Shown piece after piece: positions 11,767 through 24,108 of a stretch of 55,273 nucleotides of DNA. Each line of letters starts with the position of its first letter. Within the stretch, counting starts at the first letter, position 1. The stretch comes from Octopus bimaculoides (Eukaryota). Under the pieces are notes generated by a model. That model was not told the DNA's origin. It saw only the letters and a program-made list of their open reading frames with translations, and ran no database searches. The position numbers and the translations under genes were made by a program. The stretch is from positions 12,924,387 to 12,979,659 of the forward strand of contig NC_068986.1 in the NCBI RefSeq assembly GCF_001194135.2. Reading direction: 5' to 3'.

Positions 11767-12187
11767 TTAAACACAAACAGACATAGAAGAGTCATAAAGA
11801 GGAACAGGTGCATAGGCACATCAGGAGAAGTATGGAATTTTTGAAGAATGCAGAAGCCTGACAGCTAACAATTCATGCTAGAAGTTTATTCCATGCTTTG
11901 ACAATTTTGAGCATGAAAAATTGCTCTTGAAAGTCATGGGTATAGTGTTGTTCTTTTATTATATATAAGCAAGTCCATAAATGGTAACCATAGCACATTC
12001 TGCCTCATGCACAACACACAAGGAGGCCCGAAATTTATGACATTCTTATGAGTCACAGCTGGGATGATCTTCACATTGTTCAACATGTCTTTGAAGATAA
12101 TTTCTCTCTGTCAAAAACCACAGCATCTTGCCTTTCAATAGTATATATACATTAAGTAAGATGGACAGATGGCAATTTTCATTTACA

Positions 12188-12470
12188 ATTGCAGTGTGGA
12201 AGGTGTTTATAAGTCATTTAAAAACACAAAAACCGTTAGATTCACTTCAACATTTAAATTTAGTTTGTCAAAATACTTTCATCACTGAGATCGCGACCTG
12301 TTCACTGACAAAATTCCACCCATGGAAGCAGCACGGAATTTTGTCAGTGAACACGTTGCAGTTTCAAGGCGATGAAAAATTTTTTAGCAAACTAAATTTA
12401 AATGTTGAAGTGAATCTAACGGTTTTTTGTGTGTTTTTAAATGGCTTATAAACACCTTCCACGCTGCAAT
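12188..12470. repeat. Long inverted repeat (~130-bp arms, 17-nt loop)
   Basis: attgcagtgtggaaggtgtttataag...gacaaaattcc / ggaattttgtc...cttataaacaccttccacgctgcaat. Confidence 0.9.
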
Positions 12471-12897
12471 CGTTTTTGTTTCAGCACACAATCTTAGATT
12501 GGGTCACCTGCTATGCAAGTACATCTTTGTAATTTTCATTTAATACTGCTGCAATTGCATTATACTGAGTGTTTATTCAGCCACACTAACTTTCCACAAT
12601 ATCAGTGAATGTATGATTTACTGTTTCCTATATATTGGAGGGGTCAGATTTCGTCTAGGAATGTGACAGCCAGGTATACATCACTGACAAGTATCAAGAT
12701 ATGTAGGTTCAACATTTTCCTTACTTTGAATCAAAGAGACTCACAGCAAAATTTAACAAACTATGGCAAAACTAAATACACAAAACAAGTGAAAGAATTG
12801 TAATAGTTTGCTAAAAGAAGGAATTAGACACCACTTTGTGCCAATGAACAGATAACGAGCGATCAATGAATGATATTGATCACCGATCACCTGCCAA

Positions 12898-13420
12898 TTA
12901 ACCCTTTTGATAGTAACTTGTCTCAAACTACCTCTGCTTCTTTGATACAAATTTCCTTGTTTTAAACGGAGCAAAATTAATATTTTTCATAGAAATTTCA
13001 AGTCCCAAACACCAGCTGAACAATGATAAAGTCATTGCTGTTTGAAATTAATCTAAATTAAAATCTATAAAAATTATGTCAATCAATGTTTCAGACATTA
13101 GCTTAGTATTGACACAGCTATTTTACTAAAGGCTTCATTATTTTCTAAATATTTTGACACAAAGTCAGAATATTTCAACAGAAATACAAAATCAAAGAAT
13201 GAACCCTTTTGGTAACAACCTGTCCAAAACCACTTGTGGTTCTTTGATAAAGTTTTCATTTTAAATTGATCTAAATTAAAATTTCCTAAAAAAAAAATTC
13301 CATATTGATTTATGTTCTCAACATTAGCTTAATAATGACAAAGTTAATTTACTAAATTGTTCATTTTTTAAAAAATAAATAAATAAATTGAAACAGTGTA
13401 TTTCACAAATAATATGGGAA
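12898..13420. mobile_element. Older piggyBac-type MITE family 2, two degenerate tandem copies
   Basis: (tt)aacccttttg starts and shared internal sequence. Also at about 6525-6770, 19858-20084, 27575-27990, 29069-29270 and 29845-30062. Confidence 0.6.
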
Positions 13421-13708
13421 CAAAAGAAGGGAAAACTAGTCTAAGACATCTAGTCATCAGCTGTTACTAATGAGACAGAAGAGGACCATATCAGTAAAAA
13501 CCGACAAAGGGACCCCATCAAACATCAGATTGAGAAGAAAAGAAAACGCGAGGAACTGAAAATTGTTTGGATGAAAGAGGGGAGATGACATTTTTTAAAA
13601 ATTCTTCAATAAAATGATAAACGCTGCTGATATGAATCTTCAAGGAAAAATTGATTAGTAAATTAAACAACAAAGAGCATATGCTTGAATCATTAAATAT
13701 ATATACAC

Positions 13709-13753
<45 letters not shown>

Positions 13754-14091
13754 GATATATATACATATGTATATACATGCACACACACATATGTATATGT
13801 ACACACTCATGCATATGTAAAATTATAAGGGTGTTGAATAATTACAATACCAGTCTGCTAGAAATAGACCCCAAATGGTCTATTTCTAGCAGACTGGTGC
13901 TGTAATCATTCAACATCCCTGTTATAATTTTAATATAAATTAACAATTATGATATTTCAGTATGCTGACCACTGACAAATCATCAAATAAGGACTTTATC
14001 CTAAATACGTATAAATATATATATAAATAAATATAGAGATGGTTCATGAGTGACAAGTGAATTATCAGCCGCACAGGCAAATTCATAAGAT

Positions 14092-14321
14092 ATATACATA
14101 CAATATTAGATATGTACATATATACACAAGGGCACTACATGAGCACCTACATCACTAAACATAGAAGTCAAAAATACTTCTGTACCACCGAATAGTCACA
14201 AATCTATGTAGCAGATTTGTGACTATTCAGTGTTATAGAAATATTTTTGACTTCTATTTTTAGCGATGTAGGTGCTCATGTAGTGCCTTTGTGTATATAT
14301 GTACATATCTAATATTGTATG

Positions 14322-14328
<7 letters not shown>
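14092..14328. repeat. Near-perfect palindrome (~115-bp arms, 7-nt loop atgtagc)
   Basis: ...gaatagtcacaaatct|atgtagc|agatttgtgactattc..., with arms continuing to catacaatatt/aatattgtatg. Confidence 0.92.
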
Positions 14329-14357
<29 letters not shown>

Positions 14358-14719
14358 GAAAAATTAATAGAGATGCTGTGGAAACAGCTACTTGAAGCTT
14401 AAAACTCATATCAGAGTAACCCACTTGTAAACATTAAGATAAAAATTATCCACCCCCCATACCACCACACAAAAAAGGCCATCTCTACTCATTTTTTCAA
14501 ATATATATAATACTGTACCAAGAACTTTCTTTTTATTATTATTATTCTACTACTACTACATACACACACACACACACACACACAATAGATAACAATTTAA
14601 GATGTCTCCCCGCCCCACTCCAACCCACCACAGTTAAAGCTAAGGCTCAAACTTAAAACCATTGGATTACAACAATCAAACTCATCTTTCGACAAACACT
14701 ACCACCACAACTTTTGTTG

Positions 14720-14756
<37 letters not shown>

Positions 14757-16641
14757 ATAACAAATCGAATAAAGCCCCTGATATCCAGAACTGACACACA
14801 CACACACACACACACAGCTGAAAGGATTAAAAAGATTATTTGATTAGTCATCTGATTAAAATAAGTCGTTACAATAACCAGCTTTTAAGTAGATTCACAA
14901 AGATAAGAACAAACATTATTTCTTCGGCTAAATCTATCATTGGCGTCGGCAAAACATACTAAAGTTGAAAATGTTAATATTAATGGATTTCAAATGATAT
15001 ACAATGTGAATATTAATTATCTACATAATCAACATTGTTAGTAACAGACTTAGTAAATTGGAATTGGTTCATTCTTGTATTCTTTTACTTGTTTTAGTCA
15101 TAAGACTGTGGCCATACTGGGGCACCAACTTGAAGAATTTTAGTCAAATGAATCAACTCCAGTACTTATTCTTATTAAGCTTGGTACTTGACTCTGTAAA
15201 GTGGTTGGTGTAAGGAAGGGCGCCCAGTTGTAGAAACCATGCCAAAACAGACCTGGTGTGGCTCTTGGCCTTGCCAACTCCTGTCAAACCACCCAACCCA
15301 TACCAGCATGGAAAATGGACAATAAATGATGATGATAAATGAAGGGTTTCCTTCAGTTTCCGTCTATCAAATCCACTCACAATGCTTTGGCCAGCCTGAG
15401 ATTATAGTGGAAACCACTTGCCCAAGGTGTCATATAGTGAGACTGGGCCCCAGAACCATATGGCTAGGAAGCAAGCTTCTAACCAGAAAGCCACAAATAA
15501 GACTACCAGAAGTAATCATAAATTTCTCCTGTTACTAGAGCAGGGGTGTTTGAATTGATTCTAAAATTGGTCTTGACCAACACCAGTCATTTCTTCAGAC
15601 TAAATACATCACTGTATGGACCAGGCTATCGGATGTTGTCATACACCAATAGCCACAGTGCACATGCTCGCATTGTTGTAGCTTTCAAACGATGCCACCC
15701 CACTGGCTAAGTGGGCAGGAGACCAACATTCTCCTCAGCCAGTCCATCACAGGGAAACCCATTTTCAGCTGAGTGCAACATAAAATGTTTGGCCCAAGAA
15801 CACAATGCACTGCCCGATCTTAGAATTGAAACCATAATCTTGCACTTGGGATTGTAACACTAACCACTAAGCCATGCACCTTCACCTGGCTGTATATAGA
15901 TTTGCAGGGTAAACATATGCTGGTGACATGTAAAAAGCGAGTCTGGGACCAACCCCCTGGACAACAGATGATGATTTAAAACTTCTTAATTTATTGGAGG
16001 GGATAATTAACCAAGCAGAGTAGTCATCCTAAGAGGTAGTTGTTGTCGGGGGAATTGTCCAATGAGGCGGGTGTAATTGTCCTGATATGGTAAAAAGTAA
16101 CCAATGCACTCTGTAAAGTGCAAGGGCATCCAGCTGTAGAAACCATGCCACAACAGAAAGTCAAAGTCTGGACAGCTCCTGTTAAACTGTCCAACCCATA
16201 CCAGCATGGAAGATGGACATTAAACGATGACAATGATGAGAATTGTGTGGCTATCACAGAAAGCTCCTATAGAGGACATGGCTAATCCAAAACAGAAGAG
16301 TACAATACAAAGTACCAGGCAGTTGAAATGCAGGAGATCCGACCAATGAAATGATTTCATGAGGAGTATATAAAAAGTCAGGGGTTATGAGAGGTGAGCC
16401 AATGACAGTACCGCCTGATTGGCACCTGTGCCAGTGGCACATAAAAAGCACCATTCGAGCCTGGTCGATGTCAGTGCCAGCTGACTGGTCCCGTGCAAGG
16501 GGCATGTAAAAAGTACCCACTACACTCTCGGAGTGGTTGGTGTTAGGAAGGGCATCCAGCAGCCTCCTAGCTTGCCAATCCTCAGTCAGATCGTCCAACC
16601 CATGCTGGCATGGAAAGCTGACGTTAAATGGCAATGATTAT

Positions 16642-16686
<45 letters not shown>

Positions 16687-17527
16687 AACCATTTGTCAAA
16701 ATTGCGATTAAGGCCATTTAGCATCCTTCTTCATGTAGTAATGATATCAGGGTGAAATATTATATATCAACATGCCTGCACTAATATGCATTCTACACAT
16801 TACATAATACAAACTGAAGGCTGTGAATCATCTGTAATCCCAAGGATGAATAGTGGCTGAATATAGTCACTTCTCATACCTTCTGATATTCATGGTGTGT
16901 GTGTGGGTGTGTGTAACATGTAAATATACAAGAGGGTAATGAACTCTGTAACATGCAAATAAACAAACAAGAGGGTAACGGACTCAAAACAAAACAGAAC
17001 AAGTTTTCTTGACCTATGTACATCAAAGGCAAATTTTTAAAATTAAAATTGGGATTAATTTCTCTTACAGTCTAATCAATTATAACCAATTAACATGGCA
17101 ATTGGGTTGGTTTTTAGTCATTCTATTTTCAGTTTCAGCAAAAAGCAGTAGCCATGCTGTGTCACCACCATTAATGCTAATGTTTGTGCATTTTTGGCAC
17201 ATTTCCAGAATCAGTCCTGGTAAAGTAGGGATTTGAACAGAGATGCCCTTCTTTCTAGCCACAGTGTGGGTTCATCTGGTACCTCAGATGAAAAGTTATA
17301 CTCGGAAGAATTTGGTAAAACGCATGACACAATCAAAGTTATAACAATGGCCTCCAATTTTGGCACAAGGCCTGCAATTCTGTAAGGGGCGGGTAGTTAA
17401 ATTATATTGACCCTAGTACTCAACTGGTACTTATTTTATTGACCCCCAAATGGATGAAAGGCAAAATCAATCTCGGCAGAATTTGAACAACGCAAAGATA
17501 CAAAATGGCACTAAGCATTTTGTCCAG

Positions 17528-17590
17528 CATATATCTATATATACACATATATACATATATCTATCTATAGATACATATCTCTATCTCTCC

Positions 17591-17622
<32 letters not shown>

Positions 17623-17735
17623 CTGTATATCTATATCTATATCTATATATACATATAAATATATATCTGTATATCTATATCTATATATATCTATATATAT
17701 ATATATATATACATATAAATATATACATATATCTA
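17528..17735. repeat. Compound (AT)/(ATATCT)/(CT) microsatellite
   Basis: Direct reading. Many other (TA)n, (CA)n and (ACT)n tracts occur, e.g. 1-36, 13714-13800, 14718-14755, 19375-19450 and 42740-42790. Confidence 0.9.
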
Positions 17736-17907
17736 TAGTTGGAATTTACAAAAAAAAAAAAAGATGAAGATGGGTGTGTAAACAAATAGTACATGCATAG
17801 ATTTAACGCTCGGGAAGTGAGAAAGTCTTATGTTTCAAGCCTACACTCTTTGACAGAAAGAAACACAAAAATAAGCAGAGAGAGAAATATATATATATAA
17901 ATAGGAT

Positions 17908-18192
17908 GGGAGCACTCCGTCAGTTATGACAAGAGTCCCAGCTAATATGGGAACAGCTTGCTCATGAAATTAACATGCAAGTGGCTGAGCACTCCACAGA
18001 CACATGTACTCTTAACGTAGTTCTCAGGGAGATTCAGCATGACACAGTGTGACAAGGCTGACCAATTGAAATACAGGTACTTCTACTCATTTTTGCCAGC
18101 TGAGTGAACTGGAGCAACGTGAAATAAAGTGTCTTGCTCAAGGACACAACACTGATCGTGAGCGGAACGCCCTAACCACTAAGCCACACGCT
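17908..18192 (-). mobile_element. tRNA-derived SINE family E (core type 2, CORE-like)
   Basis: Same tail as 18260-18637 but a gtgtccttgagcaagacacttt core. Also at about 38791-39075 (+), 44402-44700 (-) and 50261-50400 (+, head). Confidence 0.8.
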
Positions 18193-18259
18193 TTCACATA
18201 CACATATACATACACACACACACACAAACGTCTAACCCAAGCTAGCATGAAAGAATGTT

Positions 18260-18637
18260 GGCACTCCGCCACTTACAACGACGAGGGTTCCAGTTGATCC
18301 GATCAACGGAACAGCCTGCTCGTCAAATTAACATGCAAGTGGTTGAGCACTCCACAGACACGTGTACCCTTAACGTAGTTCTCGGGGATATTCAGCGTGA
18401 CACAGTGTAACAAGGTTGACCCTTTGAATTAGAGGTACAACAGAAACAGGAAGTAAGAGTGAGAGAAAGTTGTGGTGGAAGAGTACAGCAGGGTTCGCCA
18501 CCATCCCCTGCCGGAGCCTCATGGAGCTTTAGGTGTTTTCGCTCAATAAACACTCACAACGCCCGGTCTGGGAATCGAAACCGCAATTCTATGACCGCGA
18601 GTCTGCTGACTTAACCACTGGGCCATTGCGCCTCCAC
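18260..18637 (-). mobile_element. tRNA-derived SINE family E (core type 1)
   Basis: tRNA-like head gtggaggcgcaatggcccagtggttaag...ggtttcgattcccag, then a central part and tail. Confidence 0.85.
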
Positions 18638-19225
18638 GTAGCATGAAAGAATAGACAAATGACAAACAAACGATTATGGCTAAAACTGTGTTAGGTTTCA
18701 TAATGGAAGTACCACATGTCAATTGCTGATCCGTTGCCATGGACTGCACTAATGTGTACAAGGAAAATGGTGTAAGCAATAATAAACATTATCGCTGTGT
18801 CTTCTTTGTCTATTTCCTGTTTGGTGATGCTGGAATATAAAATGTCTACCCCATCCTGTTCAGTATTTACACTCATTACAGAACATCTTAGAATTCTATA
18901 TTTGTGAAGTGAGGAAATTATAATTATGTAAACCATTTATGTTGGTCTGACTGGTGTTCACTTCATCTTGATTTTTGTTTTTAGATATTTTGGCTCTTGT
19001 ATGCGCCAACCTTCTTCAGGTGTCCAATACAACTGAATTTAGCACAAGAACTCTGAAGAAGACTGGAGCATGCAATAGAATCGAGATTAGGAGGACGCCA
19101 GGCAGACTAACATAAACAGTATACATAATACACAACATCTTCTGTATGTGTGTGAAATACAGTAACAAATACACATACATGCATGTAGGCAAGTGTGCAC
19201 ATGCACACATACACACACAGATATA

Positions 19226-19302
19226 CAAGGTATCCATAAAATATCTTTACAAATCCCACACTTCCAGACATCAAATTGTAAAGGCAACTTATGGACACCC
19301 TG
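19226..19302. mobile_element. Very short Tc1/mariner-like MITE remnant
   Basis: TA-caaggtatccataa...ttatggacaccctg-TA (12/14 TIR match). Confidence 0.5.
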
Positions 19303-19374
19303 TATGTATGTGTATGAAACACGTGTACCGTGATATCCTTTGTGTTCTGTCTTTAATTTATGTTTGACGTATAC

Positions 19375-19453
<79 letters not shown>

Positions 19454-20151
19454 GATACATAGGCACACACATTATCAAAGTTAAGCTAATCCTTTTAAGA
19501 GTTATTGACTTGTGGGAATTTCAAACGAATGAAATTAAACAAGAAAGAAAAAATTTTTAATTGTGAATCGTTGAGCACATTATTACACAGAAATAATTGG
19601 ATATGTAGAATCTTTCATCCAAAGTAATATTACTACAACACAAAACTATTAGTGCTACTACTACTACTACTACTACTACAACTACCATTGTTAAATAACA
19701 AACCACACAGGGATTACATTAAATGCAATGTGTTGAATGCGTTTAAGGTACATCAGGAGAAACAATACTGCATCACTGGATATAATAAGGGTGTGCTTGT
19801 TTAGTAAGATTAATTAGTGATAATAATTCAACTACTTAAAAGAAAAAAAAAAATTATAACTTTTTTGATACCAACCTCCCTGTGACCCACCCCTGGTTAG
19901 ATGATATAAGCTTTCCGTTGTAAAATTATCTAAATTAAGACCTATTAAAATTTTGTATTGATTTACGCAACAAATACTAGATTAACTACAACAAAAGTTA
20001 TTTTACTGAATAAATTATTTGTTGTTTTCAAAATGTATTCAAATAAAGAAAGTGAATTTCAACAGAAATATGGTAACAAACAGGTTAACCATTTCGATAC
20101 CAACCTGCTGGAAACCACCTCTGTTTCTTTGATACAAATTTCCTGTTTTAA

Positions 20152-20384
20152 CCCTTTAGTGTTTAACCGGCAATATCCAACCAAAATATTCAAACTAGCC
20201 CAATCCGGCTGGTTTTATGTTCAAACCATCCAGATCTGGCCACCCACACCTACATTACAATGTCATTCTAAAAAGTAAAAACCACATCATTGAAACCTTG
20301 ATCTACGAGAAAAAGTGGGATTAATTCAAAACAATGTGGATAAATAAGGAATACCTTTGATAGAGCAATCTGAATGCTAAAGGA
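20152..20384. mobile_element. piggyBac-type MITE family 3
   Basis: TTAA-ccctttag...ctaaagga-TTAA; inverse copy at 43947-44150. Confidence 0.7.
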
Positions 20385-20388
20385 TTAA

Positions 20389-20605
20389 CCCTTTCGTTAC
20401 TAACCCGGCTGAAACCACTTCTGGCTCTGTAGTACAAATGTCTTGTTTACATAAGTTCAGAATTAAAATCTTCCACCAAACCTTAGTCATAATTTATGTT
20501 CCTAACACTAGCTGATAACTAAGTTATTTTACTAAATTCTTTGTCATATTTAAAATAATTGAGAGAAAAACAGAGCATCTCAAAATAAATACAGTGACGA
20601 AAGGG
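20389..20605. mobile_element. piggyBac-type MITE family 1
   Basis: TTAA flanks, TIR ccctttcgttac/gtgacgaaaggg. Confidence 0.85.
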
Positions 20606-23331
20606 TTAAACTTATCTAAACTAAAACCGTCCATCAAGGTTTTGTGTTAATTTAGGTTCCAACACTACCTTAATTATGACAAGGTTTTTTCACTAAATAA
20701 ATTCTTCAAATATTTTCATAAATTCTTCAACTCAATGATTAAAACCTTGGACACTTGCAGAAGAAATTTTGGTAACTAATCACTAAATTAAATGAAACAG
20801 AGTCATAGCCGTGTCATTAAGAAGTTTGCTTCCCAATCGCAATGGTTTTAGGTACAGTCTCATTGTGTGGCACCTAGGGGAAGGGCCTTTTGCTATAGTC
20901 TCTGGCCAGCCAAATTTGTGAGCGAATGTGGTAGATGGGAACTGAAAGAAATCCATTGTGTGTGTAACAAGGCTTTGGTTGGCTTGGTGCTATAGGAGAA
21001 AATACTTGCCCAGGGTACCACACACAGGGACTGAATCCAAAACCATTTGGTCGGAATGCAACATCCACACCTGTGTCTTTTACTCATAAAAAATGATAAG
21101 AATTATAAGAAATTAACTAATTACAGGTATTTACCATGTCAACAGCAAAGCACTTATTTTTTTTAATGTCTGCACAAAAGAATAAAATGGATACTGAATC
21201 TGGTGAGATCAATTGGAATCTTCTCGTATCCATGGCAATCAACAGTAAAATTTAAAACTTCTAAAAATGTTTCAAGCCACATGTGGACATTATAACATAT
21301 ATTAACATTTGATATTAAATCTGTAACCAAGTAACCAAAATTGGATGACCTCAACATTATAGACCCAGAAGACCAAAATAACTCCCACAACTGCATGCAA
21401 TAACAACAACAATAATAATAATAAAACATAGTCTTTGATGTAACCCAGGCATGGGCAACCATTTTCATGAAGCAGGCCACATGAGACATGGCACATCAAC
21501 ATGTAGGTCACACTACTGAAAAGATTTCAAGGTAAATATTTGTTAGGCATGCCATTAAGAAAGTCCCACTAGCTGAAGTCTGCTCCAGACTGGCTTAACC
21601 CATTCAAAGAATTATTTGAAATATTTTTATGTGTTTTTTTTTTATTGCTATCTAAACATTAATATAGATCTAGTTGTAACATGGACATATTAACAGCATG
21701 CAACTAAAATAATAAAACAGGCATTTGAGTTTTGGAAGGTCGAGTTGACAAGCAATTATAAATGAAAAATAGAAATTAAGGGAGTTTTTGAGTTAGTGAA
21801 GCTTGGTGGGAGAGGGAGAACTGTACATACCAATTCATTCGTTTATTTCGCCTGGCCCTGGAAAAACATTTTAGCATAATAAACATTGCAACAACAACAA
21901 CAGCAGCAACAACACAGAAAGCCACATGTTCTCCCAACATGCTTTAGCACCATTTTAGGTCAAATATTCTTTTTTTTTTTTAAAAAAACAAAGGTGTAAA
22001 AGGGAATAAAAGACAAAAAAAAACAACAACAGCAAAAATGAATATAATAATAAAGACAAGATGCAACAGAAAGAAAAAAAGAAATTTTCAAAATTAAAAA
22101 AGGAAATCAAATCACACACAGACATGCCAACATGGAACATGGATGTTAAGTGATTATGATGATGCTGATGATATCAGATACACATGAGAAAAAAAAACCC
22201 CCATCTAACTTCAAACTGTCAAATTCTGAGAAATTAAATATTTTTCTTCTTTTATTAATTAATTAGCAAACATTACAATCTGAACACATTCTAAGATTGG
22301 AATTAGGAAAAGAAAAGTCAATGTTTTCTAGAACAGATCTAAAACAATGAACTATTCTGCAACTCTTACTACTTTTTCTTCTGTCCTCATCTCTAACCAT
22401 CGTCACCCCCCTTTCACACTCTTGTAAACCTAACCATCCACCCGGCCAACCATGATTTTTTTTTTTGTCCCTATTCACTCTTTAGCCACATTCTTGTACT
22501 CGGATGGTGGTATATCCCGATATCTCATCACCGTCTCTTCTCCCTTTCCTGCTGGGTTAGCTGTGCATCGCCTCTAATGCAAGGCACTTGTTCCCGTCCC
22601 TCTTTCATATTTCAGCCTCTGAACACGTGGCACAAAGCCGTCTTTTCTTCTTTCCCTCTGTGAAAAAACCTTACTCAGTCAAAGAGAGTCTTTTCTTTGT
22701 CTTGCAAGTTACTTGGTGACCTCACTAGCACTGGTGTCACACAAAAAAAAAAAAAAAAAAAAAAAAAAGCACCCAGCCCACACTCAGTAAAGTTGTTGCT
22801 ATCAGGAAGATCATCCTACAATAGCAGCAGTGCCGAGACAGACATTGGAGTTTGGCGCTGCCCTTTGGATCATCAGATCCTGTTGAACTATCCAACCTAC
22901 GCCAGCATCGAAAAGGGGATGTTAAACGAGAATAATAACAACTGAGTCATTTATCCCAGTTGTTATTGATATCTTTTAAGTACACTAATATTCACACCAA
23001 TATGTATACGTTAGTTTTTGTACATCTATCATAAGTACCCACTACACTCTCGGAGTGGTTGGCGTTAGGAAGGGCATCAAGCTGTAGAAACTCTGCCAGA
23101 TCAGATTGGAGCCTGGTGCAGCCATCTGGTTCGCCAGTCCTCAGTCAATTTGTCCAACCCATGCCAGCATGGAAAGCAGACATTAAACAATGATGATGAT
23201 GAGAATATGATCAGAGTTGCTAGCCATACTTGCTAAAATAATTCAAATATAAATTAGTCATGAAGCTAATTGCTGTATAACTATTTTCAATTAACTTAAC
23301 AAAAGCTCATTACATTAAATATTACTAGCAC

Positions 23332-23740
23332 CATGGCTGATGCTGGTGACACGTAACTGGCATCTGTTCCAGTGGCATGTATAGAGCACTTTTCAAGCAT
23401 TGGGCCTCACGGAGGCAAAGTGGCCAATGCTGGAGACATGAAAAGCTCCTTTCGAGTGTTGGGCCTCACAGAGGCAACGACCAAGAACTTTGGCATTATG
23501 TCATGCTTGAGAAGAAGACCCATCAAGCCAAGTAAAATCACAGTCGTGGCAGATGCCGGTGTCACGCAAATGGCACGCCAACCACTCTCGGAGTGGTTGG
23601 CGTTAGGAAGGGCATCCAGCCATAGAAACCATACCAAATCAGACTGGGGTCTGGTACAGCCTTCCAATTTACCAGCCCTGGTCAAACTGTCCATCCCATG
23701 CCAGCATGGCCAACAGATGTTAAATGATGATGATGATGAT
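23332..23740 (+). mobile_element. Family B (GAT)n-tailed retroposon, no tRNA head recognised
   Basis: Conserved 3' block cactctcggagtggttggcgttaggaagggcatccagc...ccatgccagcatgg...ttaaatgatgatgat. About 19 copies in the window, e.g. 16400-16640, 23035-23200, 26935-27190, 29284-29530, 36157-36440, 36776-36945 and 47145-47370. Confidence 0.75.
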
Positions 23741-23875
23741 CCAACCGCAGAGAACCTGCCTTATCAGCTCCTGTCAGAACAGAAGACGGATGTTAAAAGA
23801 TGATGATGACAACCAAGTTATTTATCCTAGTTGTTACTTATATTTTTTTTTAGGTATGTTAATATTCACACCATG

Positions 23876-24108
23876 TTATTTCTTTACTACCCACAAGGGG
23901 CTACACACAGAGGGGACAAACAAGGACAGACAAATGGATTAAGTCGATTACATCGACCCCAGTGAGTAACTGGTACTTATTTAATCGACCCCGAAAGGAT
24001 GAAAGGCAAAGTCGACCTCGGCGGAATTTGAACTCAGAACGTAGCGGCAGACGAAATACCGCTAAGCATTTCGCCCGGCGTGCTAACGTTTCTGCCAGCT
24101 CGCCGCCT
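23876..24108 (-). mobile_element. SINE family D, well-preserved copy
   Basis: CpG-rich intact head with A/B boxes. Other copies at about 17355-17530, 27708-27918, 44212-44320, 51238-51390 and 51405-51597. Confidence 0.85.

Noticed and set aside
16880-16945. 66-nt exon-like segment with AG/GT borders in the large intron
   Set aside because: In the required phase it creates TGA at the junction, includes CA microsatellite, and arises from a small local tandem duplication.
18560-18637. tRNA gene
   Set aside because: The tRNA-like sequence is the head of a SINE and continues into repeat body; no complete cloverleaf with an acceptor stem.
18691-18936. 81-aa ORF in non-repetitive intronic DNA
   Set aside because: No recognisable domain or splice context; this length is expected by chance.
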